Source: Kondoa subrosea
Lineage: Eukaryota
DNA: 64,000 nt
Direction: 5' to 3'
NCBI GenBank assembly: GCA_039545335.1
Contig: BCIN01000003.1
Span: forward strand, 2,489,060 to 2,553,059
Below, in pieces: positions 62,723 to 64,000 of the stretch; the first letter of the stretch is position 1, and every line of letters starts with the position of its first letter. The position numbers were made by a program, and so were the translations under genes. Under the pieces are notes generated by a model. It did not search any database. It was not told the origin of the DNA and saw only the letters and a program-made list of their open reading frames with translations.

Positions 62723-63578
62723 TCAGTGACCTTCCGGTATCTCTTCTTCTTCAGTTATCAAAGCCCATGTTGGTGCTGGCAACTTTTCCCGACCTTTGAG
62801 GAAACCGATTTCGATTACGAACAGATTTTCTATCACGTGCGCTCCACTTTGTTCTACTAATTGAGCAGCTGCAAATGCGCTTCCCCCGGTCTGCGCGAAG
62901 TCAGACAGGTAGAGAAAAAATCAGAAGAACGCACTGCTATCAGATCGTCCACAATCAGGACATTCTGGCCTGCTTGTAATGCGCCGTTCTGCATTTCAAA
63001 TGTGTCCTGTAGGTCACAGAATCCTCAGAAACTCTCTACCGGAGAAGCCTGAGACTTCAGCCTACGGTTCCGTATTCCTTCACATAAGTAGCCTGCATAA
63101 CTGATCCAGGTAATTTACCCTGTTTCCTAACTGGCGCGAAGCCTGCACCCAATCTTAGCGCTATCAGAGGACCTAGTAAGAAACCTCTAGCATCTAATCC
63201 GACTACCATATCGATTTTCTTTCCTTCCAATCTTGGAAGAGTGGAAGTGAAGATATGGGTTAAGAAGGAATTGATGAGCGCTTCCGTCGCTATCGGATCA
63301 CGGAAGATCCTGTGAAAACACTTGTGTGATGAACGATTGCTCTTGTGAATGATAAGGTGAAATTGCAGTAAACTCACGGAAAGATGTCTGTGAATGTTAC
63401 ACCTTGCTTTGGAAAGTTTTCACTGACAGTATTTCAGTCAGCAGAGTGCAGACAGGTAAGTAGAGACTGAAGACACTTACTAATGTTGCAAATGTTTGGC
63501 TAGAAGATCTTTCACCTGAGCGGGTACAGGCTCATTCGGTACCAGAGTGGCTTTGGCGTGCTGTTCTATTGCGTCCAT
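62723..63578 (-). CDS. APT1: Adenine phosphoribosyltransferase
   Basis: [58 protein letters not shown]. Confidence 0.95.
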
Positions 63579-63765
63579 TCTGTAAATTGGGATTTTCAAG
63601 GGAGATAGCTCGTTGCAGGACAGAACAGCTCGAAGTAGTTTATTTCGCACCTTGACCCGTGTCGTATGCAAGTGACTCTCAAAAGACTTCAATCTATCGT
63701 GTGTAGACCATTTCAGAGCCATAGCTGTGCATCTGATTCAATGCTTGGGGGAACAGTCCTCTCAC

Positions 63766-64000
63766 ATGTCTGCAAACAAATTACCGGACGTGTTCATCAT
63801 TGGTGCAGCGCGCACGCCTATAGGCAGTTTCAATGGAGGTCTCAAAGCAGTCAAAGCACCTCAATTAGGTATCGCAGCAGTCAAAGCGGCCTTAACTCAA
63901 GCAAATGTCAAACCAGAGCAAGTTGAGGAAATGTACTTGGGTAACGTTTTACAAGCTGGTGTTGGTCAATCCCCTGCTAGACAAGTAGTCCTTGGTGTTG
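63766..64000 (+). CDS. ERG10: Acetyl-CoA acetyltransferase (thiolase), 5' part (runs off window)
   Basis: MSANKLPDVFIIGAARTPIGSFNGGLK..EEMYLGNVLQAGVGQSPARQV. Confidence 0.88.
   Translation, partial: MSANKLPDVFIIGAARTPIGSFNGGLKAVKAPQLGIAAVKAALTQANVKPEQVEEMYLGNVLQAGVGQSPARQVVLGV

Noticed and set aside
1..64000. Transposons, CRISPR arrays, rRNA/tRNA genes, secondary-metabolite backbone genes
   Set aside because: No transposase/RT motifs, terminal repeats, spaced repeat arrays, recognisable structural RNAs or PKS/NRPS domains were seen by eye.

Overview
Gene-dense eukaryotic DNA from a fungus. It has many ~45-60 nt GT-AG introns with degenerate donors and CTRAY-like branch points, and basidiomycete-type proteins; a compact yeast-like basidiomycete, possibly Pucciniomycotina, is my inference. 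About 35 intron-containing genes were reconstructed by hand. Recognisable ones: COX19 (partial), APC10, GCP2/Spc97, MAPEG, TFIIA-gamma, MRP51, CLP1, a YjlB-like cupin, SLC1, BEM1, a siderophore MFS transporter, GH20 hexosaminidase, SCP2, CDC23, UBP8, an Slm1-like protein, a CDF Zn transporter, an MDR dehydrogenase, ATG10, RPS1, an Auto_anti-p27 protein, a type-2 asparaginase, GH47 EDEM/Mnl1, APRT and a thiolase (partial). Several hypothetical proteins are also present. No rRNA, tRNA, transposon or CRISPR array was recognised. The most striking observation is a single-chain ER glucosidase II: the GH31 alpha subunit is fused in frame, within one exon, to an N-terminally trimmed beta (PRKCSH/Gtb1) subunit ending in KQEL. 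Other highlights are a giant spectraplakin-like GAR/SxIP protein head-to-head with a gamma-tubulin complex gene, a secreted Tyr/Gly-repeat precursor-like protein, an orphan HEXXH protein, and two divergent genes whose start codons are 18 bp apart. CDS coordinates span introns, and exon models are manual and unverified by transcripts.
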